A stretch of DNA of 64,000 nt, from positions 111,230,001-111,294,000 of the forward strand of contig CM059431.1 in assembly GCA_030390025.1 (NCBI GenBank), given 5' to 3'. The number at the start of each line of letters is the position of its first letter. The stretch's first letter is position 1. The translations under genes were made by a program, and so were the position numbers. Source of the stretch: Squalus acanthias. Lineage: Eukaryota. This document shows, piece after piece, positions 12,991 to 25,385 of the stretch. Below the pieces are notes generated by a model that saw nothing but the letters and a program-made list of their open reading frames with translations, did no database searches and was not told where the DNA came from.

Positions 12991-13756
12991 ATCTTTAAAG
13001 TCTCTTAAAATGGCTAAGTGGTAATCAGTAAACTAATGGGGCGTAAAGCAGCTAACGCCCGGGCGCAGCGCCGCCCACGCCTCCAGAAAAATTTAGTGGG
13101 AGGTTAGCGGCGGCGGCAGCCGGTAGCGCCCTGTGGCGCTGCGCCGCCGGCGATGATGTCATCGCCGTGCGCAGCACCCCGCTCGCGCCCCGGCCGTGAT
13201 CTTCAGTCGCGCCCCCTGATTTACCGCCAGACGCTATGTCCGACGGGTTCAGGGAGGCGTACGTGCGGCCGGGGCGGCGATATTTAAAGGGGAGGTGGCA
13301 GGCGGCCATTTTTGTTGCTGGCCGCCTGCCAGCACCTGCCCCCGTTGCTGTCCCCGGCCCCCGTGAAGCCCCCCCACCGTGAAGTGCCAGCTGCGCTCCA
13401 AGAGCCCGGCACTTCTCTTGAGTGCCGGGCTCTTTTGCCGGCACTCCCGATCCCTGGGGGCCCAGCTGGGCCCCGGTTCGCGCTGCGCAGGGTCCCTCCC
13501 CTTTAAAAAGGGGAGGAAGGCCTGCAATACCGCGGCGCGACGTGCCGCAGCGCGTGGCGCTGCGGCACATAGCGCCAGGATATTCACTCGCAGCGCCCCA
13601 AGAGGGATGCGGGGTGCTTCCAGTGGTGCCCCGCTTCCCTCTTGGGGCGCAACCATTGAAGTTCCGGCGCGGGGCCGCTAATTTTTTCGGGGCGCTAAAA
13701 GTCGCGCCCCGGCGAGGTTAGCGCCCCAAATGGGGCACGACTCAATTTTTACCCCT
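12991..13756. mobile_element. GC/CpG-rich non-autonomous DNA element, one terminus visible
   Basis: Abrupt GC-rich block with internal inverted repeats ending CAATTTTTACCCC, similar to other MITE ends; left TIR not found. Confidence 0.5.
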
Positions 13757-13960
13757 ATTAGTTCTGATAGTGAAAATATGCAAACAATTCTAGGTGCACT
13801 AATTATTTTTTGTAAATTTATTTATGAATGTGTTAGTATGCCTGCAACATGTGTCAGTCTCTGATGTGATTGGTCATGTTTTCTTGGAGTATCTTTGGAG
13901 CTATGTCCAATAGTTTCTGACTCAGCATGACATTAGTTTGGTTACAAAAGTTTCACACAA

Positions 13961-14784
13961 TGTTATACAAGACGTGGTCTTAAATTGAGATAAAAAATAG
14001 AAGCACATGCAGTATGAACAAGATAAAGGCGAAGTAGATTATTATATTGGTTAATTAACTAATTATAAGTCTGGCTCATTATTGATCAATTTAAAACCTT
14101 CTTCCATTTAAGAGATTTGTAAGAAAGAGTTAATTTGCTTGAAAGCTTGGTGATAACATTTATAAGTAATTAACTAACTAACTAAGTTAGCAGCTATTGT
14201 GTAGAGAACAGCAGAGTCAGCAAACTGTATTCTGTTACTGAAAAAGAAAAAAGAAAGACTTGCATTTATATAGCGCCTTTCACGATCACCGGATGTCCCA
14301 AAGCGCTTTACAGCCAATGAAGTACTTTTGGAGTGTAGTCACTGTTGTAATGTGAAGCCGGAACAAACCTCAGTTACAACGCAAGGAAGACAGGACATGA
14401 TCAGGAATCTGATTGGTGCAGGCATACGGTGTGATCAGAGCAAGGAATGTTAAGGAAAACAAGGGACATAAGTGTGGTACTTGCTGATTGGTTTAGGCTG
14501 TGTGTAGTTCCGTTTTCTGGTGTGTAAAGGACAAGCGCTCGAGGCTGTTCAGTGTAGAAGCATTGAGGTGAGAGGAACCGTCCAAGAGGAAGGGAACAGA
14601 CCTATCGCGTAACATCACGAGGCAGACTTCTATCCAGGACGGAGCGGGTGATATACATTCTGCTTGGTTCTGTAAACTATCGCTCATGCACTGTAATGTG
14701 TTAAGTTTTACAAGTCTTAAATAAAGTATCATTGTATCCAATTGGAGTTGAGTCAAATTACTTAGAGATTGACTGAACATAACA
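13961..14784 (+). mobile_element. Possible solo LTR
   Basis: TGTTAT...ATAACA ends and AATAAA at 14720; no matching TSD; contains a SINE fragment. Confidence 0.3.
14243..14353 (-). mobile_element. SINE 3' fragment
   Basis: Reverse complement of the 3' end of 33575-33980 and 56090-56525. Confidence 0.8.
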
Positions 14785-15527
14785 TACTTGTGTAGAAGTT
14801 TACTTAATTTTAACCATTTTAACTCCTAGTGTACTGTGGATGAACTTAGTTAAGTTCATACTCATAGCCATCTATTCTGCTCTCAAATTGCTCTATCTGT
14901 GCTGTAGTTAATGGTCCATCTCTTTCTCACCCATTCAAGAGTTCTTAAAGCCATGAGCTCTGTTCCTTCAATGTATCAGTGATTTCCAACATTCCTCATC
15001 CTACCTTATCCATTCTTTCACTAATAATTCCATTCTACACTCATTAACTTGCTACATATCCCTCAGTACACACACCCCGCAATCCTTTCACTGTGCAATG
15101 GCTGAATCATCTTGATCTCCATGCTTGTTAACGCAGCAATCAAAATCAGTTTTATTCAATTCTTCAAAGACACAAAGGACCTTTTTTCTGCACTGATGCT
15201 CCTGGTGCTGAGCTATTTGTGATGAGAGCACACATCAGGAATTTAAACAAGGAGGACTCGCATTCAGCATAATTTTCTATCCACTAATTTTAATGGTCAG
15301 AAAATTCTGGGGGGCATAATCTACATACCCGATTCCAAATATGCACTTCTGCCATCTGAAGCACAGGTAAAACTATCCTGCAGTTTCTTTATGTCTCTTG
15401 AAACTCCAGCAGCTGCCATCTCTTACCTTTGATCATTTCAACCGTAGTCCTTCATTTTCTGATGACTTCTTGGCCTCTATCTGCTCTGATATCAAATCTC
15501 TTCCATCCCTAACATTGGCAACAAGAA

Positions 15528-15905
15528 TACAATACACACTTTTTGTTTGGCCCTTTTTTCTTCCCTCCCACATGGCAGCTGTCCTTCATTCTGCCAGTGC
15601 AATTCACACTTCATCTAGAGCCATCCTTTGTTCCTTAGCCTGTCCCATTACCACCTCCTCTTGCCTTGAATATCTCTTAATGTCTCTCAATGTCTCTTAA
15701 TCTCTCCTGCTTTCTATCCCATCACTGACCTTCCCTTTTGTTCTTTCATCCCCTCCCCCTTTGCCCAGCCCCTAAACTTGCTTTAAAATCTATTCCATTT
15801 CCTGCTTTTTTCCAGTTCTGCCGAAAGGTCTTCAACCTGAAACGTTAACTCTGTTTCTCACTCCACGGATGCTGCCTGGCCTGCTGAGTTTTTCCAGTGT
15901 TTTCT
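15528..15905 (+). mobile_element. Penelope-like 3' UTR/terminal-repeat insertion
   Basis: 14-bp TSD ATTGGCAACAAGAA (15514-15527, 15906-15919); homologous to 10043-10400; degenerate hammerhead core at 15814-15850. Confidence 0.8.
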
Positions 15906-16117
15906 ATTGGCAACAAGAAGCTTGGTTTGATTTCATGCCAAAAATCGCTTCTTTCCTCAACAATTCTTAAATCTCTATGAAGCCCAACTCCAACCAAGAC
16001 TTGAATGCTGTTCCCATCTCTGAGGAAGTTCTTCTAGTACTTCTCTTACACTCCTGGATAGCATACTAGGAAAAGCTTGTTGTCTGATAGCTCATCGTAT
16101 TTTCAGCTCCAAACTCT

Positions 16118-16878
16118 GGGCTGGATTTTGATACTGGGGCGGGTTGGGGTCGTGTCATCCGCATTTCGTGTTATCTACCCGACTGCAATTGGATGTGGGA
16201 GATTGATGCAATTTTCACCTAATTGGGCAATTGAGTTCCAGCATGTGGGAACCCATGAACCAATTAGTGTTTTCAGTCTGAAAGTCGCCTCTGATGATGT
16301 CATCATTGCTGCTGCATTGAAGGTCTTCAGAGACTGCCTGGCCTTTGCTGTGAGAGGACCTGGATGCAAAATGAGTAGCAGCTCTAAGGAGAGAGAGAGA
16401 GAGAGAGACAGAGAGAGATTTTTTTGCATCCAGGTCCTCTCACACCAAAGGCCAGGTAGTCTCTGAAGACCTTCAATGCAGTAGCATCAGAGGCGACTTT
16501 CAGACCTAATACTACTACTACCTTCATCACATCTCCGTTGTAATAGTGGACCTGCAGCTGATAGTCAGCTATCCAAATGTGCTCCCGCCAGGTTTCACAG
16601 TCATGGTTCAGAACAGGCGTGCTTCACGTAAAACAAGGGTTAAAATCACAAAGGCCTTTCAAAATGGCATTATAGAGCCAATTTAGTGCTTGTTAAGGGC
16701 CTTAACAGCCTATCCCGCCTCTTAAAGGCGGGACGGAGTCAGGACCAGCAGACACAATTTAATGAAAATTGCGCGGAGGCAGGATGGAGGCGGACTTGTG
16801 CCCGCCCGCCAGTTTTCACAATTTTAACCCCCCACACGCCTCCAAACCCGCCTCCACGGGTCAATGAAAATCCAGCCC
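16118..16878 (+). mobile_element. Harbinger-like MITE (family Y)
   Basis: TIR GGGCTGGATTTT/AAAATCCAGCCC; TSD TCT; empty site AACTCTGTCTCC preserved in the paralogous copy near 17488. Confidence 0.92.
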
Positions 16879-18940
16879 TCTGTCTCCAATTTTTCTTGTC
16901 TCTCTCTCTCTCTATTTTATCAATATCACTGTGGGCATTGCTGCTTTGAACTTCTCTCATGTTTCTCTAAAGTTCGAAACATGCACGGTCACATGGATTC
17001 CATACCTCTGCAGCCTCACTGTAATGAAGTAAAGACCTATCGCACTGTCTCCTATTTTAACTCATTGGCCGGGAATTTCCTCGGAGCTGCTACTGCCATA
17101 ACTTGGCGGAAAAAAATAGCCTCTGGGTCAACTTTCAGCCTATTAAAGCCAATTTCTTTAGAAGTAACTTCCATCGTCAGGATAAAATAAACAGCAGATG
17201 CAAAGCTTCCAATTTATATTTCGCACACGCTTTATCAGGGGGATTTTAAAAGTACTTGTCTCATCCGGTGAAATAGTCTTTTAATCAACATTAAGCACAA
17301 GAAGGAATGCTGATCAGTGTGATTTTCTGTGGACCGGTTCACTGATTTGTCCCAAACCTAATATCAGTTGAGGTGGCTCCCTGCTGAGTGGAGGTATGGA
17401 AAATGAGCAGTCTCCATTCAGGGCCAAAAATAAACAAAACATTACAGTTCTCTTACAAGTTAGGGGTCCTCTTCCCCTTTACTCCTAACTCTGTCTCCAA
17501 TTTTTCTTGTCTCTCTCTCTCTCTATTTTATCAATATCACTGTGGGCATTGCTCCTTTGAACTTCTCTCATGTTTCTCTAAAGTTCGAAACATGCACGGT
17601 CACATGGATTCCATACCTCTGCAGCCTCACTGTAATGAAGTAGAGGCCTATCGCACTGTCTCCTATTTTAACTCGTTGGCCGGGAATTTCCTCGGAGCTG
17701 CTACCGCGCCACGGCCGTAACTTGGCGGAAGTGCAACATGTTCATAAGTTTCCGCCACACTTCTGGTAAAGTTGTGCTGAAGCAACAGGAGCAGCTCCGA
17801 GGACATTCCCAGCCAAGAATTTGAAAACCATGGAATGCCTTATGAAACTCAAACTTTCCGCCTTCCTAAAATCGGGAAGCTTTTAAAACCAAAGTTTGGC
17901 ATCACCTTGTTCACAGTTCAAACATTTGCCCCAAACGCTTGCACTCATGTTCGCAGCTATATAACAGTTTCCGAAAGTAGACTGAGTCCTTTATGAACTG
18001 AAACCTGTGTCTTTATACACCACCATGTATGTTATAGCGTGTCCAGATTTAACAATTAACCCCTGATCGTGATGTATAATTTTCTAGAGAATACAGAGGA
18101 TGCCTGCAATGTTCTTCATCATCTCAAAGGCAGAAAACAATACATCACCAGGCTAAAGTGTTCAGGCTAAAACTACTTGGTCAGATTTATATACAGGCAA
18201 AATATTACATAGAAACATAAAGAGACAGCAAGATGCTAAACGAGTACAGTAATCAAACTTATACCATATTTGCCCTGATTAAACACAATGAAAGAAAGCT
18301 CAATCTCCTTGCAGTTCTTTTCTGTAAGTTCTCAGTAAATATCAGATGGGCAATAATTCCTTATGGAGGCTCCACTAGCCCTCAACACATAAAATAATGC
18401 AGAACAGTAAGGAACTGAAGAGCCTGAGATGGTAATAAGGTGCATTTCCCTTTGATAATCAAATGATTTCTTCTCAACAGTCACACAATTAAAATGTTAA
18501 CCATTTTTAACATTGAGCTGAAAATTGTCTGAACTGATCAGATTTGGTCTTTTTAATGGCTGAAAAAAAATAGCCTCTGGGACAACTTTCAGCCTATTAA
18601 AGCCAATTTCTTTAGAAGTAACTTCTATCGTCAGGATAAAATAAACAGCAGATGTAAAGCTTCCAATTCATATTTCGCACACGCTTTATCAGGGGGATTG
18701 TAAAGGACTTGTCTCATCCGGTGAAATAGCCTCTTAATCAACATTAAGCACAAGAAGGAATGCTGATCAGTGTGATTTTCTGTGGACCGGTTCACTGATT
18801 TGTCCCAAACCTAATATCATTTGAGGTGGCTCCCTGCTGACTGGAGGTATGGAAAATGAGCAGTCTCCATTCAGGGCCAAAATTAAACAAAACCTTACAG
18901 TTCTCGTACAAGTTAGGGGTCCTCTTCCCCTTTACTCCTA
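16879..18940. repeat. Local tandem duplication; first copy internally deleted
   Basis: 16879-17110 matches 17490-17730, and 17111-17488 matches 18563-18940. Confidence 0.9.
17677..17816. mobile_element. Small palindromic MITE
   Basis: TGGCCGGGAATTTCCTCGGAGCTGCT...AGCAGCTCCGAGGACATTCCCAGCCA inverted arms. Confidence 0.65.
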
Positions 18941-19059
18941 TAATCTCTTGCACCAAATATGAGCACAGCTAAAGAATAAATGCAATACAAGCACTTGTGG
19001 GAAATATCCTGGCTTCCAAATGACGGTGTATACCGACACAAAATGAATTTAATTCTCCA

Positions 19060-19767
19060 GAGCCCAGATTTTAACCATCCTCTAATTCCCCCTCCACCCC
19101 CACCCCTGCCCAACGGGAATGGTGCGTGGGAGGGCGTAAAATTGAAAGATGCTATCTCCCGGCTCCAACCCGCCTCCTTCCCAGCTGTTTAAATTTTTAC
19201 TACCCCAAATCAGACCATCGACGAGGCTCCTGCAAAAGGCAGGTGGAGGCCTAGCTAACATTCAAAAGTCGCGGTTCAATGACACCGTCAACACCGCAAC
19301 GTAGAATTGAGTGAATGCCAGGCGAGATCCTGCGCTGTCAGCTGCCCGAGGTAAATATTAAAGATTTGCTCTTTTTAGAACTCCTCGTGGGTCAGGAGGA
19401 GCAGAGGTGCTCCTCCCAGGCCCCTCAAAGAGTCCTTGGGTCTCCCCAGCCCCGGCCTCTTCCCCACCCCACCGATCTCACTGGAATCCCCGATCCCCAA
19501 TCAACTGCAAAGTACTCTACCACTGACTGCCGGGGACCGTCCCCTCAGGTCGCCGACAGCGGCCAGCTGCTGCCAAATTTCTACTCCCGCCCATCGGCCA
19601 GACATTCAAACTGGTCAGGTGTCGGGCGGGAGTGAGCAATGAGTTATTTAATTGAGCCCCGGCCACCAAAATCAGCAGAACCTCCACGTCCCTGGCCTTG
19701 CCTGGTTCTTCGTCCGCAACCGGGCTCCCCCGCACCCTTCTCACCTCCCCGTTAATATCGAGGCCCA
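19060..19767. mobile_element. Degenerate Harbinger-like MITE
   Basis: Imperfect ends GAGCCCAGATTTTAAC/GTTAATATCGAGGCCC; internal similarity to 33510-34685. Confidence 0.5.
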
Positions 19768-19949
19768 TGCCTTTCAGCTGGTCCTCATGAAGCTGCCCTA
19801 GCTCTGGGGACGGTTTTACTGCGTTAAAGGCGCTATATAAATGCAAGTTGTTGTTGTTCAAAACTGAAGCCTCAAGGTCACAGTTATTTCAAGATGGAAG
19901 TACATTTTGTGATTAAATTTTTTTTTAGTCGCGTCTTGTCATTTAATGG

Positions 19950-20133
19950 GGGGGGGGGGGAGATTGGTCGTGGGTAGTAGCGCATAACGGGCGATGGTGA
20001 ATCGGCCGCCCATTTTACACTCCGCTCAAACTTCCATTAACTTCAATGGACAAGAAAATCGGGTGGGGTGTAGAACGAGCTGTGGATTCACAATTGCCCA
20101 TGCGGCGTTATCAGTCAAGACCAATTTCACCCT
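19950..20133. mobile_element. Small palindromic MITE
   Basis: GGGAGATTGGTC...GACCAATTTCACCC inverted ends. Confidence 0.55.
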
Positions 20134-21469
20134 CAGTATCTCTGAGAGAATCTATTTATTTAATATACAGTTGAGTTACTGTAGATAAGCTGTCTTTCAA
20201 GTTAATCATTGTATCCTTGCCATTAATATTGTGCTCTCCTGGCTACTGTAGACTGTGCTTCTCAGTTCTAAATGTCATAATTTTGAGTTGTGATTTCTGG
20301 GTAGATAATGATTTAATGTGGGCGCAATTCATTTGATTTATTGATAATTTAATTGCAACTCCTATAACTTATGATATGATTCAATTTGATTCACCCAGTT
20401 TTATTTTTAGTCATCGTATTGCCAGCAATTTGACTCATTTCTATGTTTTTGGCAAATTATCCCATCTTCATATTCTTTGTAATTGGCCTGAATTCATTCC
20501 AATGCAATGAGTATTTAACTAGTAATGATATTATTAATGAGACAATTTAGATCGCTTAATTTGAGTAGGCTTCATCGTTTTTACCGTTGAGCTTTAAAAA
20601 AAAAATCTGAATGATGCAAATCTGAAATAAAAATATAAAGGCTGCGAAATTGGGCTCCGTAGCGCTCGGTTTTTCGCCGCTACGGGGGCCATTTTGTGTC
20701 CAAAATGGCGCCTCGCCGCGCGCACACTTCTGACTTGATTTTAATTAGGGATGCTTACAGTTTTCCTACTTGTCAAATTTTTAGTAAGGATTCTTTCTTA
20801 AATCTAATTGTTTGCCTTTGTGTGCCTGTGCTCAGTCAGCAAGGTGCAAGTATGTGCAGAAACCCTAGTATGCGCACTTTGTTCTTTAGATGCTTCTCGT
20901 CAGTTGGGTTGGCGTGGGAGAAGTAGAGCCAGGTCTATGGACATCTCTGCGGATCATTTTGTTACTTTCTCCCCCCGTCTGTTGTCAGTCGCACAGTTGT
21001 TGACCAACCAACAAGTCCGCATAAGCAGCCACCACCCCTCTCTGCAACAGTTTCCCCGCCTTCCGGTTATTTTAAAGTTGCCGTTTCTGACTATTGCTTT
21101 GTTGCCAGTATTAATGGATATGGAAGATTCTAACAGACAAACGGAACTGCTTTCCTGTCCGTATAGAGATGGGCAGCAGTAGTTCAGCCGCTCAGCTTGC
21201 CAGCAGCCATGTTTTCCGGCACCTCTTGTCTCTCAAGGCATGGTGCTCTGGTACTCACATTGAAAGGTGAGGCATGAATGAAAACTATATGCTTTGGCTG
21301 TGCTCCTTTACTTCTGTAAACAATTATGCTACTATTTACAATGTACGTTTGCTGCTGATCTCAGGAGTGCCAGCAGTAGCAAATGCATATAATAAGTAGG
21401 CCTTTACAGAGGAGGTGTTTAAAGTAACTGGAAACAACTTACTTACTAAACTAGATTGACTTGAGTTAT

Positions 21470-21895
21470 GTGGAGAGGCTAGAGAAGCTGGGATTGTTGT
21501 CCTTGGAGCAGAGAGGGTTAAAGGGAGATTTAATAGATTATGACAGCTTTTGATAGAGTATATAAGGAGAAACTTTTCACTGGCAGTAGGGTAAGCAACC
21601 AAAGGTCACATATTTAAGATAATTGGCAAAAGAACCAGAGCGGCGATGAGGATAGTTTTTTTTATGCAGCGAGTTGTTGTGATCTGGAATGCGCTGCCTG
21701 AAAGGGTGGTGGAAGCAGATTCAATAGTAACTTTCAAAAGAGAATTAGATAAATACTTGAAAAGGAGAAATTTGCAGGGCTAGGGGGGCAAGAGCAGGGG
21801 AGTGGAAATAATTGGATAGCTCTTTCAAAGAGTCGGCATAGGCACGATGGGCCAAATGGCCGCCTTCTGTGCTGTCTGAATTTATAACTCTATAA
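21470..21895 (+). mobile_element. CR1 LINE 3' fragment
   Basis: Degenerate ...QRVVVIWNALP... coding sequence plus CR1-type 3' UTR ending in CTATAA-like repeats. Confidence 0.85.
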
Positions 21896-22308
21896 ACTCC
21901 TAAGTTGACTCAGTTAGTGTTCAGCAGTAAGCATTCATCACTGCATTAAACCCATTTCATAAAACTCAATATGGCAACAAGACCACTGAAACAAACTGTA
22001 ACACCAAGTGCTCATTTTCAATTAGAGGAAGTCAGCATCAAAATTACTGACACTCTGAAAGGCCCCCAAATTCTCGTTTATATGAAATTTTCATCATGCT
22101 CAAGTGTTGAAAACCTGGACTTGAGGTAACAACTTTGAGGTTTCACTGGTCAAGAAAACAAATCACATTATTAAAAAAAACTCCAAAACAATGGTGGGCT
22201 TAATGAGAATGAAACACTCAGGACAGGTCAATAAGAATTGGTCTGGCAAAGGGTCGACAAGCAAAATATTAAACCGCCTTTTCTCCTTTCAGTACTGACA
22301 GACTCACT

Positions 22309-22440
22309 GGGGGTAACTTTGACTTTGAGTGATAGTGTAAATTGGATGCTATCAATCCCGTCAATCGTGAGAGATGTACAACGGGCAGCTGAATCGATAT
22401 TGCCTGTTTTACACTGTCACACAAAGTCACTATTACCCCC
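22309..22440. mobile_element. Small palindromic MITE
   Basis: GGGGTAACTTTGACTTTG...CAAAGTCACTATTACCCC; related copy at about 56882-57054. Confidence 0.6.
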
Positions 22441-23585
22441 AGTGTGTATTAGCAGCATTTTCTGTGACTTTTGGATTTGCAGTATTTTTTTTCTTATAAA
22501 AAATAAGAATGTATACCATAAACAAACAGAAAATAAAAGTGTTTTACGAGTTGCTTTTCCTCTTCTGCATATTCGGAATAGGTCTTGCTGTAGCTCAGGT
22601 CGTCTTAACCTCAATTTATTATTAATGACTGAGATAATATTTCCCTACTGTCAGTGTTCTTTATTTGTACGGGTTTGTAATTAATGTTGGAATATTTGAA
22701 GACTGGGAAATGCAGCACATTGCTGGCCTCTCACCCACCGCCATAATTTAAATGCCGTGGGCAGGGTAGGAGCGTCTAGTGGCCGTCCCAGCAGAGGGCA
22801 GGAGGCGGGAGATCAATGTCAAGGTGCTCAGGTAGGCCTCATCCCGCCATTTTCCTGCTGTTTTGCACCTGATTTGGGGCAGGAAAGCTGAGTAAAATCC
22901 GTGCCGTGATCTCATTCTGAGTAGCAACTTAGTGCTGGCTGGTCGACCACAGCGTCCATCTGCACTCGGGATGCTATTGACGAGGAAAGTCAGGTGCAAG
23001 CTGTTTCCGCCCGAGTTTCCCCGCCATGCTGGGGTTGTGCAGCAATTCTCCCGCTGAGTTGCCACTGGTCTCATTTGGAGACGTCGAAGTGAGAGCCAGT
23101 GGCAAAGGACCCCCACCCGGGCTTGTGGAATTTACACAGCGGCTGTATCTGAGGCAAGTCACACTCCATTTCAACAAGGCCTAGCAGCCATCAGGACCAG
23201 CCGTGGATGGCTGAGTGGAAGACTTCCTGACAGAGAAGAGGATGGGAGATCTTCAAAAAATAAACAGATTTCTGCGGGTAGGAAGTGAATTTTTAAGCAG
23301 CCATTTGGCCTATAGAGACACCCAGTGCACTTTGCCTTCTGACTGCTTCTCACAGGGTTGGAATGCCAGCAGATTTTTATTGACTCCCCACACCCCCACC
23401 CCTGCGCTCTCCCACCCAAAGTCAGGGGTACAATAGCGGTGTAAATCACATTGAGGAAACTCCAGGCTTATGCTCTATGTGCTGCCTAAATGCAAGTTGT
23501 TGTTTTAAGAAGCAGTTCCGATGTGAAATTTGCTGCTGTGCTTATCCAATTCAGAAAACTCCAGATGATGGCAGTGGACATAAAG

Positions 23586-23951
23586 TAGAATCATAGACTG
23601 ATACAGCACAGAAGGAAGCCATTCGGCCCATTGTGCCTGTACCGGCTCTATGGTAGAGCTATCCAATGAATTCCACTCCCTGCTCTTTCCCCATAGCCCT
23701 GTAAATTTTATCTCTTCAAGTATTTATCCAAATCCCTTTTGAATGTTACTATTGAGTCTGCGTCCACCCTTTCAGGCGGTGCAATCCAGATCACAACAAC
23801 TCGCTGCGTAAAAAAATGTTTCCTCATGTCGCCTCTGTTTTTTTTGCCAAACACCTTAATTCTGTCTCCTCTGATTACCGACCCTTCTGCCACTGGAAAC
23901 AGTTCCTCCCTATTTACTCAATCAAAACCCTTCATGAATTTGAACACCTCC
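23586..23951 (-). mobile_element. CR1 3' fragment, host of the nested insertion; resumes at 31653-31748
   Basis: RKHFFTQRVVVIWIAPP peptide; sequence continues seamlessly after 31658. Confidence 0.85.
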
Positions 23952-24271
23952 TGAGACCGGAAGGAGCGGACCTGGTGGGAGCGCAGCGAGAGCAGAGCAG
24001 ATAAAAGGAGCGGCAGCAACTCAACCGAGGCTGTTTTTGAAAAAGTGACATCAGGTTAAAAAAAGTGACCTCGGCACAAGGGAAGGAGCTGATTGGTGAG
24101 CAGCTGGTGAGTGTATTGTTTTCTTAAGTTTAAAAGTTTATTTCTGCTAAGTTAGTTAATAGCCGATTAAATAGAGGGAAAAGAGTTGATTGGTGAGTAG
24201 CTGGGGAGTGTTTTTTGTTAAGTTTTAAGTTTATTTCTGCTGGATTAGTTCTCAGTCTATTAAATAGAGGC

Positions 24272-25222
24272 ATGGCAGGGCAGCTCAGTCCCGTGCAGTG
24301 CACATCCTGAGCCATGTGGGGAGTCCTGGATGCTTCACGTAGCCTGGACGACCACATGTGCGGGAAGTGTCGCCAGCTACAGCAACTCGAGCTCTGGGTT
24401 TCGGAGCTTGAACGGTGGCTGGAGTCACTGCGGTGCATCCGCAAGGCTGAGAGCTACGTGGATAGCATGTTTCTAGAGGTGGTCAACCCGCAGCATAAGA
24501 GTATGCAGGCAGAGAGGGAATGGGTGACTGCCAGACAGAAGAGGAGGACCAGGCAGGTAGTGCAGGAGTCCCCGGAGTGCATCATGCTCTCTAACCAGTA
24601 TTCTGTTCTGAGTACTGGTGAGGGCAATGGTTCCTCTGGCGAGTGCAGCCAGAGTCAAGTCCACGGCACCACGGGTGGCTCAGCTGCACAGAGGGGGAGG
24701 AAAAAGAGTGGAAGAGCAATAGTGGTAGGGGATTCGATAGTTAGGGGAGCAGACAGGCGTTTCTGCGGCTGTAGACGTGACTCCAGGATGGTATGTTGCC
24801 TCCCTGGTGCCAGGGTCAAGGATGTCACTGAGCAGCTGCAGGACACTCTGAGGGGGGAGGGTGAACAGCCAGAGGTCGTTGTCCATATCGGTACCAACGA
24901 CATAGGCAGAAAGAGGGATGAGGTCCTGCAGGTAGACTATAGGGAGCTAGGAGAGAGATTAAAAAGCAGGACCTCAAAAGTAGTAATCACCGGATTACTC
25001 CCGGTGCCACGTGCTGGTGAGTACATGAATAGGAGGATAGAACAGATGAATGCGTGGCTGGAGAGATGGTGTAGGAGGGAGGGCTTTAGATTCCTGAGGC
25101 ATTGGGACCATTTCTGGGGAAGGTGGGACCTGTACAAGCCGGACGGGTTACACCTCAACAGAGCCGGGACCAATATTCTCGCGGGGAGGTTTGTTAGTGC
25201 TGTTGGGGAGTGTTTAAACTAG
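24272..25222 (+). pseudogene. CR1 ORF1p (zinc finger/leucine zipper plus SGNH esterase) with an early nonsense codon
   Basis: ATG at 24272, in-frame TGA at 24308 where the second Cys of CxxC is expected; motifs VVGDS, HIGTND, DGLHLN. Confidence 0.88.
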
Positions 25223-25385
25223 CTTGGCAGAGGGATGGGCACCAGCATATAGGAGTAGAAAAGAGGAATAAGGTGCATAAAAGAGTGAGTGTGTTGGATG
25301 GTACTCGAGAAGATAGTACTAGAGGCGGTAGTAGTACCATATTAGATAGGAGCAGACTAAGAAAGGCTACGAAAAATTCAACAAT

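Noticed and set aside
13052..13721. Overlapping ORFs or a gene promoter in the GC-rich block
   Set aside because: ORFs reflect high GC content with no recognisable domain; the terminus resembles a MITE end.
24314..25222. Host esterase/lipase gene
   Set aside because: It is CR1 ORF1, intronless and inside a TSD-bounded LINE.
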